From IMG/VR virus record IMGVR_UViG_3300030095_001245, positions 1 to 34,447 of that record: DNA of 34,447 nt; one strand, written 5' to 3'. Source of the DNA: a virus. Taxonomy: Duplodnaviria > Caudoviricetes. Below, in pieces: positions 7,997 through 16,812 of the stretch (positions within the stretch are counted from its first letter, which is position 1; every line of letters starts with the position of its first letter). Both the position numbers and the translations under genes were made by a program. The notes under the pieces are model-generated. The model worked only from the letters and a program-made list of their open reading frames with translations. It searched no databases and was not told the DNA's origin.

Positions 7997-9732
7997 AGAG
8001 GAGATACGTGTTTGACATTGAGTCTGATGGACTCATGGATGAAGCGACTAAGATACATTGTATTATCTTGTATGACATAGACAAAGATGAAATAATACAC
8101 GTTGATAACTGGGACGCTATTAAGTTAATGAGTCGTGCTAAGTTATTAATTGGACACAACATAGTTAAGTTTGATTTACCTATGTTAAAAAAGTTTTATG
8201 ACTTTGAACCTAAAGGAGAAATCTTTGACACCATTATCGCTACACGTTTATTATTTCCTGACATTAGAGACGCAGACTTTAAGCGTGGTAATGACTTTCC
8301 CACTAAGCTTATAGGCAGACACAGTCTTGAGTCATGGGGACACCGCATTGGTAAGTACAAAGCACACATAGAAACAGACTGGAAAACATTTACCCCTGAA
8401 ATGTTAGAGTACTGTAAGCAAGACGTTCATGTTAACGTTGGTTTGTATCGAGCAATAGAAAAGAAAGGTTACTCTAAACAAGCTATGGAACTAGAGCATG
8501 ACGTAGCTAAGCTTGTATTTAAACAAGAACAATATGGCTTTATGTTTGATGAAGACAAAGCCAAAGAACTCTATGGTAAACTAGAAGCTAGACGCTTAGA
8601 TATAGAAGAAGAACTACAAGAACTATTCCCACCTATAATTAAAGAGACAATATTCATACCTAAAGTTAACAACAAGACTAGAGGATATGTTAAGGGTCAA
8701 CCATTTATTAAGAAGCATGAAGAAACATTTAATCCATCCAGTAGACAACATGTATCACAAAGACTGATAGATAAGTATGACTGGAAACCTGATGAGTATA
8801 CAACTGATGGTAAGCCTAAGGTTGATGACTCAGTACTAAACAGTTTAGATTATCCTGAGGCTAAACTCCTCGCTGAACATTTTCTTTTAGATAAAAGGAT
8901 TGGACAGTTAGCCACAGGTAATCAGGCATGGTTGAAGCTTGTTAAAGCTGGCAGACTTCACGGCACTTGCAACACCAACTCGACAGTGACTGCAAGAGCC
9001 AGCCATGCCTACCCTAATTTAGCACAAGTACCCAGTGCTCATGCACCTTACGGTAAAGAGTGTAGAGAATTATTTACTACACCATTCAATCGTAAGCTAG
9101 TGGGTATAGATGTATCAGCATTGGAAGTCAGAATGTTAGCACATTACATGGCTAAGTTTGACAACGGTGCATATACTAAGGTGGTACTTGACGGTGACAT
9201 ACATACAGAGACAAAGAAGCTAGCTGGTCTTGATTCAAGAGATTTAGCTAAACGTTTCTATTATTGTTTCTTGTATGGTGGTGGCGTAAACAAGATAGCT
9301 GATGTTACTGGTAAGACAGTGAAGGAAGCCAAACAAGTTAAGCAAAGATTCTTAAACAACTTACCAGCTTTGAGTAAACTTATAGGAGCTGTACAAACAG
9401 CAGCAGTTAAAGGTTACATCAAAGGACTAGATGGTAGGAACGTTAAGGTACGCTCAGCACATTCAGCATTGAATACATTACTACAATCAAGTGGTGCATT
9501 AGTATGCAAACGTTGGTTGGTTGAGTTTAATAAAAGGACACAAGGATACATGAATGTTAACCAAGTGGTGTGGGTGCATGATGAGATACAAGTAGAGTGT
9601 GGCTCAGACTGGGCAGACGTCATTGGTGAGAAAGCTGTTGAAGCTATCGAAGCAACAGGCAAGTACTTTGATTTAAGAATACCACTGACTGGTGAATACA
9701 AAGTCGGTAACAACTGGAGCGAAACACATTGA
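7993..9732 (+). CDS. DNA polymerase family A (T7 gp5-like) with 3'-5' exonuclease
   Basis: ExoI FDIESD, ExoII GHNIVKFD, ExoIII YCKQD; motif A DVSALEVR, motif B AKRFYYCFLYG, motif C VHDE. Confidence 0.98.
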   Translation: MKRRYVFDIESDGLMDEATKIHCIILYDIDKDEIIHVDNWDAIKLMSRAKLLIGHNIVKFDLPMLKKFYDFEPKGEIFDTIIATRLLFPDIRDADFKRGNDFPTKLIGRHSLESWGHRIGKYKAHIETDWKTFTPEMLEYCKQDVHVNVGLYRAIEKKGYSKQAMELEHDVAKLVFKQEQYGFMFDEDKAKELYGKLEARRLDIEEELQELFPPIIKETIFIPKVNNKTRGYVKGQPFIKKHEETFNPSSRQHVSQRLIDKYDWKPDEYTTDGKPKVDDSVLNSLDYPEAKLLAEHFLLDKRIGQLATGNQAWLKLVKAGRLHGTCNTNSTVTARASHAYPNLAQVPSAHAPYGKECRELFTTPFNRKLVGIDVSALEVRMLAHYMAKFDNGAYTKVVLDGDIHTETKKLAGLDSRDLAKRFYYCFLYGGGVNKIADVTGKTVKEAKQVKQRFLNNLPALSKLIGAVQTAAVKGYIKGLDGRNVKVRSAHSALNTLLQSSGALVCKRWLVEFNKRTQGYMNVNQVVWVHDEIQVECGSDWADVIGEKAVEAIEATGKYFDLRIPLTGEYKVGNNWSETH

Positions 9733-10523
9733 CAGAGAGACAACCACAAGTACCTATGGGTACTAAGAGAGAGATACTTATTGATGGTGACATTCTTATT
9801 TACACAGTGGCTCTTCAAAATGAAGAAGCAGTTAACTGGGGTGATGGACTATGGACATTACATTCATATGAAGACAAGTGCTGTGGTCTAATAGATGAAG
9901 CTATTAAGAAACTTAAACAAGACTTACAAGCAAACAGAGTTAAGATATGTTTAACATCCCCTACTAATTTTAGAAAGGATGTACTACCTACATACAAAGA
10001 CAATCGTAAAGCTAAACGTAAGCCGCTGATACTTCCAGTGTTGCGTAAGCATATTATGGAACATCACAAAGGAATCATGTGGGACAACTTAGAAGCTGAT
10101 GATGTCTTAGGTATCTTAGCTACCACACCTGAGCCACACTTTGATGTAGATAAAGTTATTGTATCTATTGATAAAGACTTAAAACAAATACCAGTAGGTG
10201 TGTCATCTGATGGTATTACTATTGATAGGGTAACTCCTTATCAAGCTGACTACTGGTTCATAACTCAGGCACTTACTGGTGACGCAGTAGACGGATACAC
10301 TGGGTGTCCTACTGTGGGTATCAAGACAGCTGAGAAGATACTAGGGACAGATATTAATGTACCCCTCTTAGACCTGTGGGACAAAGTTTTACAAGCCTAT
10401 GATAAGAAGGGATACACAGAAGCTGAAGCATTACAACAAGCTAGGTGTGCCCGTATACTACGGCACGGTGAGTACAACAAAAAAACTGGAGAAGTAAAAC
10501 TATGGGAACCAAGAAAAAGGTAG
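9729..10523 (+). CDS. 5'-3' exonuclease (T7 gp6-like); start TTG 9729 or ATG 9756
   Basis: LIDGD, YKDNR, LEADDVLGI, SIDKDLKQIP, GDAVDGYTGCPTVGIKTA. Confidence 0.95.
   Translation: MTERQPQVPMGTKREILIDGDILIYTVALQNEEAVNWGDGLWTLHSYEDKCCGLIDEAIKKLKQDLQANRVKICLTSPTNFRKDVLPTYKDNRKAKRKPLILPVLRKHIMEHHKGIMWDNLEADDVLGILATTPEPHFDVDKVIVSIDKDLKQIPVGVSSDGITIDRVTPYQADYWFITQALTGDAVDGYTGCPTVGIKTAEKILGTDINVPLLDLWDKVLQAYDKKGYTEAEALQQARCARILRHGEYNKKTGEVKLWEPRKR
10355..10372 (+). promoter_or_regulatory. intragenic phage promoter-like motif within the exonuclease gene
   Basis: TAATGTACCCCTCTTAGA, one mismatch to consensus TAAAGTACCCNTNTWAGA; 130 nt upstream of the DUF3310-nrdAB block. Confidence 0.65.
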
Positions 10524-10756
10524 AGATAAATGCAATCAATCCCAAGCATTATGCCAATTATAAAATACAACCTGTAACTTTTATAATGCACAATGAGATA
10601 CCTTACTGTGAGGCTAACGTTATCAAATATGTATGTCGTTGGCGTACCAAGCACAAGGACATGGAAGGTAAGCTTGAGGACTTAAAGAAAGCAAAAGAGT
10701 ATATAGATATATTAATTAGAGAGAACACACATGTGAACCCTCTCGACATATTATAG
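10502..10756 (+). CDS. DUF3310 / T7 gp1.7-like putative nucleotide kinase
   Basis: INPKHY, NVIKYVCRW, EDLKKAKEYIDILI. Confidence 0.85.
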   Translation: MGTKKKVEINAINPKHYANYKIQPVTFIMHNEIPYCEANVIKYVCRWRTKHKDMEGKLEDLKKAKEYIDILIRENTHVNPLDIL

Positions 10757-10764
10757 GAGTGGAT

Positions 10765-12516
10765 ATGGATTATAGCAGAGATGAATTGTTAACCTCGTTT
10801 GGTAAGACTACCTTACATGATAGGTACTTGTTACCTGAAGAGACCTCACCACAAGAGGCATTTATGAGAGCGGCTAAAGCTTTCTCTGATAATGATGAGA
10901 TGGCTGAGCGTATATATAATTATTCATCTAAGCTATGGTTCATGTACGCTACACCTATTTTAACTAATGGTGGTACAGATAGAGGTATGCCTATTTCATG
11001 CTTTCTTAATTATGTACCTGATAGTAGAGAAGGACTGACTGGACACTACACTGAAAACGCATGGCTGGCTTCTGTCGGTGGTGGGGTCGGTGGATACTGG
11101 GGACACATTCGTTCAGATGGAACTGGCACTAGCAATGGTTCTCAGTCGTCAGGGTCAATACCTTTTCTACATGTAGTAGACTCAGAGATGTTAGCCTTCT
11201 CACAAGGAAAGACTAGAAGGGGCAGCTATGCCGCTTACATGGACGTAAGCCATCCTGAGATTATAGAGTTTCTAGATATGCGTAAGCCTAGTGGCGGTGA
11301 TGTACACAGGAAGTGTCTTAACCTACATCATGGTATTAATATATCTAATGACTTCATGGAACTAATTAATAACTGTATCAAAGAACCAACGTTTGATGAT
11401 AGCTGGAATCTAATTGACCCCCATACAAATGAAACAGTAAGAACTATAGCAGCTCGTGAGTTATGGCAACGCATATTAGAAAGCAGAGTAGCAACAGGTG
11501 AGCCATACATTATGTTTGGTGACACAGTTAATGATGGGCTACCTCAAGCACAAAAAGATTTAGGTTTAAAAGTAAACCATTCTAATTTATGTACAGAGAT
11601 AACATTGCCAACGAATGAAGAACGCACAGCTGTGTGTTGTTTGTCTTCAGTCAACTTAGAAAAGTATGATGACTGGAAAGCTGACCCAATGTTTATACCT
11701 GATTTAATTCACTTTCTCGATAATGTGCTACAGCACTTTATTGACAACGCACCTGACACTTTATACAAGGCTAAGTTTTCTGCTGTGAATGAACGTAGCT
11801 TAGGGTTAGGTGCAATGGGATTCCATTCTTACTTACAATCTAAAGGCATACCATTTGAATCAGCACTAGCTAAGTCTAAGAACCTACAAATGTTTAAACA
11901 TATTAAGGAACAAGCTGTCAAAGAATCTAAACGATTAGCTATTAAGAAAGGTGAAGCACCTGACATGGAAGGCACAGGTATGCGTAACGCTCACTTACTT
12001 GCTATCGCACCTAACGCTTCTAGCTCAATCATATGTGGTACTACATCACCAGCCATTGAACCATACAGGGCTAACGCCTATGTACAGAAGACTATGTCAG
12101 GTTCATTCTTGGTTAAGAATAAACACTTAGAAAAACTATTAGAAAGCAAAGGTATGAATGATGAGAAGACATGGAAGAAGATACTAGCCAACAGAGGTTC
12201 AGTATTAAAACTCAAAGGTCTTACTGATTATGAGAAGGATACATTCAAGACAGCCATAGAGATTAATCAACAGTGGGTAATAGAACACGCAGCAGACAGA
12301 CAAGAGTTTATTTGTCAGGGACAATCTGTTAATGTATTCATTCCAGCTGATGTACACATCCGTGAGTTACATGACATACACATGTTGGCTTGGAAAAGAA
12401 AACTCAAGACACTATACTACTGTCGCTCAGAAGCAATGAAGAGAGCAGAACTAGTGTCACAAAAGATAGAACGAACAATCATTCCTGATGGGGAATGTAT
12501 AGCTTGCGAGGGATAA
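10765..12516 (+). CDS. nrdA: ribonucleotide reductase class I alpha subunit (no N-terminal ATP cone)
   Basis: ATPILTNGG, PISCF, SNLCTEI, AVCCL, AIAPNASSS, KTLYY, C-terminal CIAC; AGGAG SD fits ATG 10765 better than GTG 10759. Confidence 0.97.
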   Translation: MDYSRDELLTSFGKTTLHDRYLLPEETSPQEAFMRAAKAFSDNDEMAERIYNYSSKLWFMYATPILTNGGTDRGMPISCFLNYVPDSREGLTGHYTENAWLASVGGGVGGYWGHIRSDGTGTSNGSQSSGSIPFLHVVDSEMLAFSQGKTRRGSYAAYMDVSHPEIIEFLDMRKPSGGDVHRKCLNLHHGINISNDFMELINNCIKEPTFDDSWNLIDPHTNETVRTIAARELWQRILESRVATGEPYIMFGDTVNDGLPQAQKDLGLKVNHSNLCTEITLPTNEERTAVCCLSSVNLEKYDDWKADPMFIPDLIHFLDNVLQHFIDNAPDTLYKAKFSAVNERSLGLGAMGFHSYLQSKGIPFESALAKSKNLQMFKHIKEQAVKESKRLAIKKGEAPDMEGTGMRNAHLLAIAPNASSSIICGTTSPAIEPYRANAYVQKTMSGSFLVKNKHLEKLLESKGMNDEKTWKKILANRGSVLKLKGLTDYEKDTFKTAIEINQQWVIEHAADRQEFICQGQSVNVFIPADVHIRELHDIHMLAWKRKLKTLYYCRSEAMKRAELVSQKIERTIIPDGECIACEG

Positions 12517-13466
12517 TGAATTTATTTAAAGAACGTACACACTATAAACCATTTACATATGGCTGGGCGTTTGAGTCCTATGACATGCAACAAAAAATGC
12601 ACTGGCTACCTTCAGAGGTTTCTTTACATGAAGATGTAAGAGACTGGAATGAAAGGCTAACAGAACCTGAGAAGAATCTTATTAATCAGATACTTAAATT
12701 CTTTACACAAGGTGATGTAGATATAGCTAAGGCTTACCTAGATAAATACTTACCTAAGTTTAAAGCACCTGAAGTACGTATGATGTTAACTTCTTTTGCA
12801 GCCAGCGAGTCTAATCATGCTCATAGTTATTCATTACTAAATGATACTATCGGATTACCTGAGACAGAGTACAAAGCATTTCAAGAATACAGGGAGATGG
12901 CTGATAAACATAAATACTTATTTAAAGATAAAGGTAAAGGGGTAGAAGGACTAGCTAGAGACATAGCTTGTTTCTCAGCATTTGGTGAGGGACTACAGCT
13001 GTTCGCTTCTTTTGTTATGCTACTTAACTTCCAACGCTTTGGTCGCATGAAAGGGATGTGCCAAATAGTTACATGGTCTATCCGTGATGAGTCACACCAT
13101 GTAGAGAGTATGATTAAATTATTTAAAGAAATGATTAAAGAGAATCCAAACGTATGGAATGATGATTTCAAAGCCACTATCTATCAAACTTGTAGAGACA
13201 TGGTTGAGCTAGAGGATAAGTTTATTGACCTAGCATTTGAACAAGGCGGTATTCGTGGGCTTGAACCTGACCAAGTTAAGCAATACATAAGATACATTGC
13301 TGACCGTAGGCTGTTACAACTATCATTGAAACCTAACTACAAAGTAAAAGATAACCCATTAGAGTGGTTAGACTGGGTGCTTAATGGCGTTGAGCACGCT
13401 AACTTCTTTGAGAATAGAGCAACTGAATACAATAAAGGAACAATAACTGGTACACTATGGACTTAA
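12516..13466 (+). CDS. nrdB: ribonucleotide reductase class I beta subunit
   Basis: HWLPSEV, FFTQGD, ESNHAHSY (radical Tyr present), GEG, RDESHH, NFFENRATEY; TAATG coupling gives start 12516. Confidence 0.97.
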   Translation: MNLFKERTHYKPFTYGWAFESYDMQQKMHWLPSEVSLHEDVRDWNERLTEPEKNLINQILKFFTQGDVDIAKAYLDKYLPKFKAPEVRMMLTSFAASESNHAHSYSLLNDTIGLPETEYKAFQEYREMADKHKYLFKDKGKGVEGLARDIACFSAFGEGLQLFASFVMLLNFQRFGRMKGMCQIVTWSIRDESHHVESMIKLFKEMIKENPNVWNDDFKATIYQTCRDMVELEDKFIDLAFEQGGIRGLEPDQVKQYIRYIADRRLLQLSLKPNYKVKDNPLEWLDWVLNGVEHANFFENRATEYNKGTITGTLWT

Positions 13467-13481
13467 AGTACCCGTTTTAGA
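13464..13481 (+). promoter_or_regulatory. late phage RNAP promoter at the start of the structural module
   Basis: TAAAGTACCCGTTTTAGA(AG). Confidence 0.85.
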
Positions 13482-13491
13482 AGGATAAAAT

Positions 13492-13692
13492 ATGTTTATA
13501 AAAGATATAATAGGCAAGGATGAAGAAGAAATTACCCTACCTAAGACAGTACCACAATTTATTAAATTGTTAAATACTATATATCCTGAGCAGTCACCTG
13601 ACTTATCAGATGAAATGAAGGACATATACTTCAAGGCTGGACAACGTGATGTTGTTCGTTTCATTAATCAACTTAAAGAGAGAGATAAATAA
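13492..13692 (+). CDS. conserved small T7-like phage protein (pre-portal, gp6.5-like position)
   Basis: AAGGA SD; YP..SP...IYFKAGQRDVV motif. Confidence 0.8.
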   Translation: MFIKDIIGKDEEEITLPKTVPQFIKLLNTIYPEQSPDLSDEMKDIYFKAGQRDVVRFINQLKERDK

Positions 13693-13693
13693 T

Positions 13694-13918
13694 ATGTGCA
13701 CAGGTAGCCCAAAAGTATCTACGCCGCCACCAGCACCTACTCCAGCTCCACCTATCGCTTCACCATCAGGAGAAGAGATAGCACCTACACTTAAGGTAGC
13801 TGAAGATAAGATGACTGAAGAAGAAAAGAAAAAGAAAGTTAAACGTAGAGGTACAAAGGCTCTACAAACATCAGGCTTATCTATTCCTACTTCAGGGTCA
13901 GGTCTAAACATTAGTTAA
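13694..13918 (+). CDS. small virion/tail-assembly protein (gp6.7/gp7.3-like position); start moved to ATG 13694
   Basis: MC start, Pro-rich segment, basic KKKKKVKRRG, C-terminal GSGLNI, directly before portal. Confidence 0.75.
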   Translation: MCTGSPKVSTPPPAPTPAPPIASPSGEEIAPTLKVAEDKMTEEEKKKKVKRRGTKALQTSGLSIPTSGSGLNIS

Positions 13919-13920
13919 TT

Positions 13921-15468
13921 ATGCAAGAGATAATGAAAGAAACAGCGAAACAACGCTATGAAAAGCTACAAGCAGATAGACAACATTATCTCGATAGAGC
14001 CCGTGAGTGCTCAGAACTTACAATTCCTACCCTTATTCCTGACGACGGCTTCGAGTCAAGCTCAGAACTATATACCCCATTTCAATCAGTAGGAGCAAGA
14101 GGTGTCAACAACCTAGCTTCTAAACTTCTATTATTATTATTACCACCCAACTCACCTTTTTTTAGATTATCTTTATCAGGTAAAACTAAAGAAGAACTAG
14201 AGCAGAACCCTGAATTACAATCTGAAATTGAGAAGTCTCTAGCCAAAATTGAGCGTGAGATACACAAGAAAATAGAAAACCTAGCACTTAGAGTATCTGT
14301 ATTTGAAGCACTAAAACATCTTATTGTAAGTGGTAATGTACTAACATATCTACCTAAGAAAGGCAATATGCGTGTGTATGGTATAACACAATTTGTGTGC
14401 AGACGTGATGAAGATGGTAATTTATTAGAAGTAATTATTAAAGAAAGCATTAGTCCAGTCGCATTAGATGAAGAGACACTACAAATTATAGGTAAATATC
14501 CTGATTACAAAGAAGATGAGGACTGTGAGATATATACTCATATATACAGATTACCTGACGGCAAGTACTATGTATGCCAAGAAGTTATGGGACACAAGAT
14601 ACCAAGCTCAGTAGGTACATATCCTAAAGACAACATGCCTTACCAAGCATTACGTATGGTAAGAGTAGATGGTGAAGACTATGGGCGTGGTTATGTAGAG
14701 GAATTTCTAGGAGACCTAAGGTCACTAGAGGGACTATCACAATCACTAGTAGAATCATCAGCAGCTGCAAGTAAAGTAGTATTTATGGTTAGACCTAACG
14801 CTGTGACCCGTAAAAAAGATTTAGCCAACACTAGAAACGGGGACATAATTACAGGACAAAGAGACGACGTAACATGTTTGCAAACTGAGAAGCAATATGA
14901 TTTAGGTATTGTAGAACGTAGCATAGGACGACTAGAAGAACGTATGTCATACGCTTTCTTATTACACACAGCAATACAAAGAGACGCTGAACGTGTAACA
15001 GCCCAAGAGATTAGATACATGGCTGAACAGTTAGAGACTAGTATGGGTGGTATATACTCATTATTATCTCAAGAGTTTCAGTTACCATTAGTACAAGTAT
15101 TAATGAAACGTATGTCTCAATCCAATGAGATACCGAAGCTTCCAAAAGATTCTGTAGCACCTACTATTATCACAGGTATAGAAGCTTTAGGACGTGGTAA
15201 TGACCTACAGAAACTAAGAGAATTTGTTATGGAGATAGGACAGCTAGCTCAGATTAGCCCTGAAGTAGTACAGGTATTAAACCCTAATGACCTGATTACT
15301 CGTGTTGCTACCAGCTTAGGTATTGACACTGAAGGATTAATTAAGAGTGAAGAGCAACTAGCTCAAGAGCAAGAAGCTGCTCAACAACAAATGCAACAGC
15401 AACAAATGATGGATATGGCACAGGATGTAGTACAACCTGTTGCTAATAACATGACTAAACCACAATAA
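13921..15468 (+). CDS. portal / head-tail connector (T7 gp8-like)
   Basis: QSVGARGVNNLASKL, GEDYGRGYVEE, AERVTAQEIR, GIEALGRGND. Confidence 0.97.
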   Translation: MQEIMKETAKQRYEKLQADRQHYLDRARECSELTIPTLIPDDGFESSSELYTPFQSVGARGVNNLASKLLLLLLPPNSPFFRLSLSGKTKEELEQNPELQSEIEKSLAKIEREIHKKIENLALRVSVFEALKHLIVSGNVLTYLPKKGNMRVYGITQFVCRRDEDGNLLEVIIKESISPVALDEETLQIIGKYPDYKEDEDCEIYTHIYRLPDGKYYVCQEVMGHKIPSSVGTYPKDNMPYQALRMVRVDGEDYGRGYVEEFLGDLRSLEGLSQSLVESSAAASKVVFMVRPNAVTRKKDLANTRNGDIITGQRDDVTCLQTEKQYDLGIVERSIGRLEERMSYAFLLHTAIQRDAERVTAQEIRYMAEQLETSMGGIYSLLSQEFQLPLVQVLMKRMSQSNEIPKLPKDSVAPTIITGIEALGRGNDLQKLREFVMEIGQLAQISPEVVQVLNPNDLITRVATSLGIDTEGLIKSEEQLAQEQEAAQQQMQQQQMMDMAQDVVQPVANNMTKPQ

Positions 15469-15482
15469 AGGAGAAGAAATAA

Positions 15483-16223
15483 ATGGTAGAACAAGTAGTA
15501 GTACAATCAGATGAAACTACATCAGAAGCCCCAGCAGTAGAAGAACAAGTAGAATCTTCTAGACCTGAGGGTTTACCTGAGAAGTTTGAATCTATTGAAG
15601 CAATGGCTAAATCATACGCTGAATTAGAATCTAAATTAGGGCAACCTAAAGAAGAACCTAAGGAAGAAGCGAAGGCTGAAGAACAACCTAAGAGTGATTT
15701 AGAAATAAAAGCTGATGAAGCTGTTGAGTCTGCTGGGCTTGACATGGATTCACTCAGTGCAGAATATGCAGAGAGTGGTCAACTAGCTGATGAGTCTTAT
15801 GAAAGATTAGAGAAAGCTGGTATCAGTAGAGATATCGTAGACCAGTTTATTGCTGGACAAGAAGCTAGGGCATTACAACAAGGCACTGAAGTCAAAGGCT
15901 TAGTAGGTGGAGAAGAAGCTTACGTAGAGATGACTCAATGGGCTGGACAAAATTTAACTGAAGCTGAACAGACAGCTTATAACAATGCTGTTAACAGTGG
16001 TGATATGGAAACTATCAAGCTAGCTGTTACTGGTTTACAAGCTAGATACACAGCAGCTAATGGTACTGACCCTAAATTACTATCAGGTAAAGCAGCCCCT
16101 ACTTCACAAGGTGGCTATGAATCATGGGCTCAAGTACAAGCTGACATGGGTGACCCAAGATATGCTAAAGACCCAGCGTTCCAAGCTGAAGTACAAGAGA
16201 AATTAGCAAACAGTAACTTATAG
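15483..16223 (+). CDS. capsid scaffolding protein (T7 gp9-like)
   Basis: Acidic; RPEGLPEKF, AKSYAELE, VGGEEAY..M..WA, DPRYAKDPAF; AAGGAG SD. Confidence 0.93.
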   Translation: MVEQVVVQSDETTSEAPAVEEQVESSRPEGLPEKFESIEAMAKSYAELESKLGQPKEEPKEEAKAEEQPKSDLEIKADEAVESAGLDMDSLSAEYAESGQLADESYERLEKAGISRDIVDQFIAGQEARALQQGTEVKGLVGGEEAYVEMTQWAGQNLTEAEQTAYNNAVNSGDMETIKLAVTGLQARYTAANGTDPKLLSGKAAPTSQGGYESWAQVQADMGDPRYAKDPAFQAEVQEKLANSNL

Positions 16224-16232
16224 GAGAAAACT

Positions 16233-16289
16233 ATGGCATACGGTAAACCAATGAAGAAAGGCAAAACTAAAAAGAAAGGGAAATGCTAA
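16233..16289 (+). CDS. 18-aa lysine-rich peptide MAYGKPMKKGKTKKKGKC (not in ORF track)
   Basis: AGGAG SD upstream; TAATG coupling to next ORF. Confidence 0.65.
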   Translation: MAYGKPMKKGKTKKKGKC

Positions 16290-16438
16290 TGGCTAAACGT
16301 GGACTATATGCAAATATCAATGCACGTAAAAAGGCTGGTACAAGCAGACCTAAATCTAAATCAACTATATCATCTAAGGCATATTCTAATATGAAAGCTG
16401 GTTTCCCTAAAAAGAAAACAGTAAGAAAGAAAAAGTAA
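16289..16438 (+). CDS. 49-aa highly basic protein MAKRGLYANINARKK...VRKKK (not in ORF track)
   Basis: Coupled on both sides (TAATG, TAAATG); no acidic residues. Confidence 0.75.
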   Translation: MAKRGLYANINARKKAGTSRPKSKSTISSKAYSNMKAGFPKKKTVRKKK

Positions 16439-16681
16439 ATGCCAGCAAAGAAACACCAAAGCCCCAGCGGTGGCTTAAATGCTGCTGGTAGACGTTATTA
16501 TAAACGGAAGACTGGGGCTAACCTCAAAGCACCTGTAACAGGAAAAGTTAAAAGAGGTTCTAAAGCAGCTGGGAGACGTAAAAGTTTCTGTGCAAGAATG
16601 AGTGGTGTTAAAGGTGCAATGAAAAAACCAAATGGAAAGCCAACACGTAAGGCTCTAGCTTTACGTAAATGGAAGTGCTAA
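16439..16681 (+). CDS. 80-aa highly basic protein (resembles DUF6321 phage proteins)
   Basis: SPSGGLNAAGR, RRKSFCARM, ALRKWKC; no acidic residues. Confidence 0.8.
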   Translation: MPAKKHQSPSGGLNAAGRRYYKRKTGANLKAPVTGKVKRGSKAAGRRKSFCARMSGVKGAMKKPNGKPTRKALALRKWKC

Positions 16682-16682
16682 T

Positions 16683-16750
16683 AGCTGTGCTATCTCGTTA
16701 GATGGCAGCTGCCAACAAGTAGTAGTAACTTGACCTTCTGCGGAAGACAA
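16683..16750 (+). promoter_or_regulatory. structured leader of the capsid gene (two hairpins)
   Basis: 16683-16710 AGCTG-TG-CTATCT(CGTT)AGATGG-CAGCT; 16730-16750 TTGACCTTC(TGCG)GAAGACAA with a cUNCGg tetraloop. Confidence 0.55.
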
Positions 16751-16812
16751 TCTTGGGGACGAAACTTAGAGGCGTTTAACAACAACTAAACTATAACCAA
16801 AGGAGATTTATT

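Noticed and set aside
4245-13693. Longest-ORF starts at 4245, 7335, 10759, 12495 and 13646
   Set aside because: Downstream ATGs (4317, 7383, 10765, 12516, 13694) fit SD spacing, gene coupling or homologue length better.
16738-16765. Hammerhead-like CTGCGGA...GACGAAAC
   Set aside because: Core should be CUGANGA; the conserved A is missing and I could not build the three stems.
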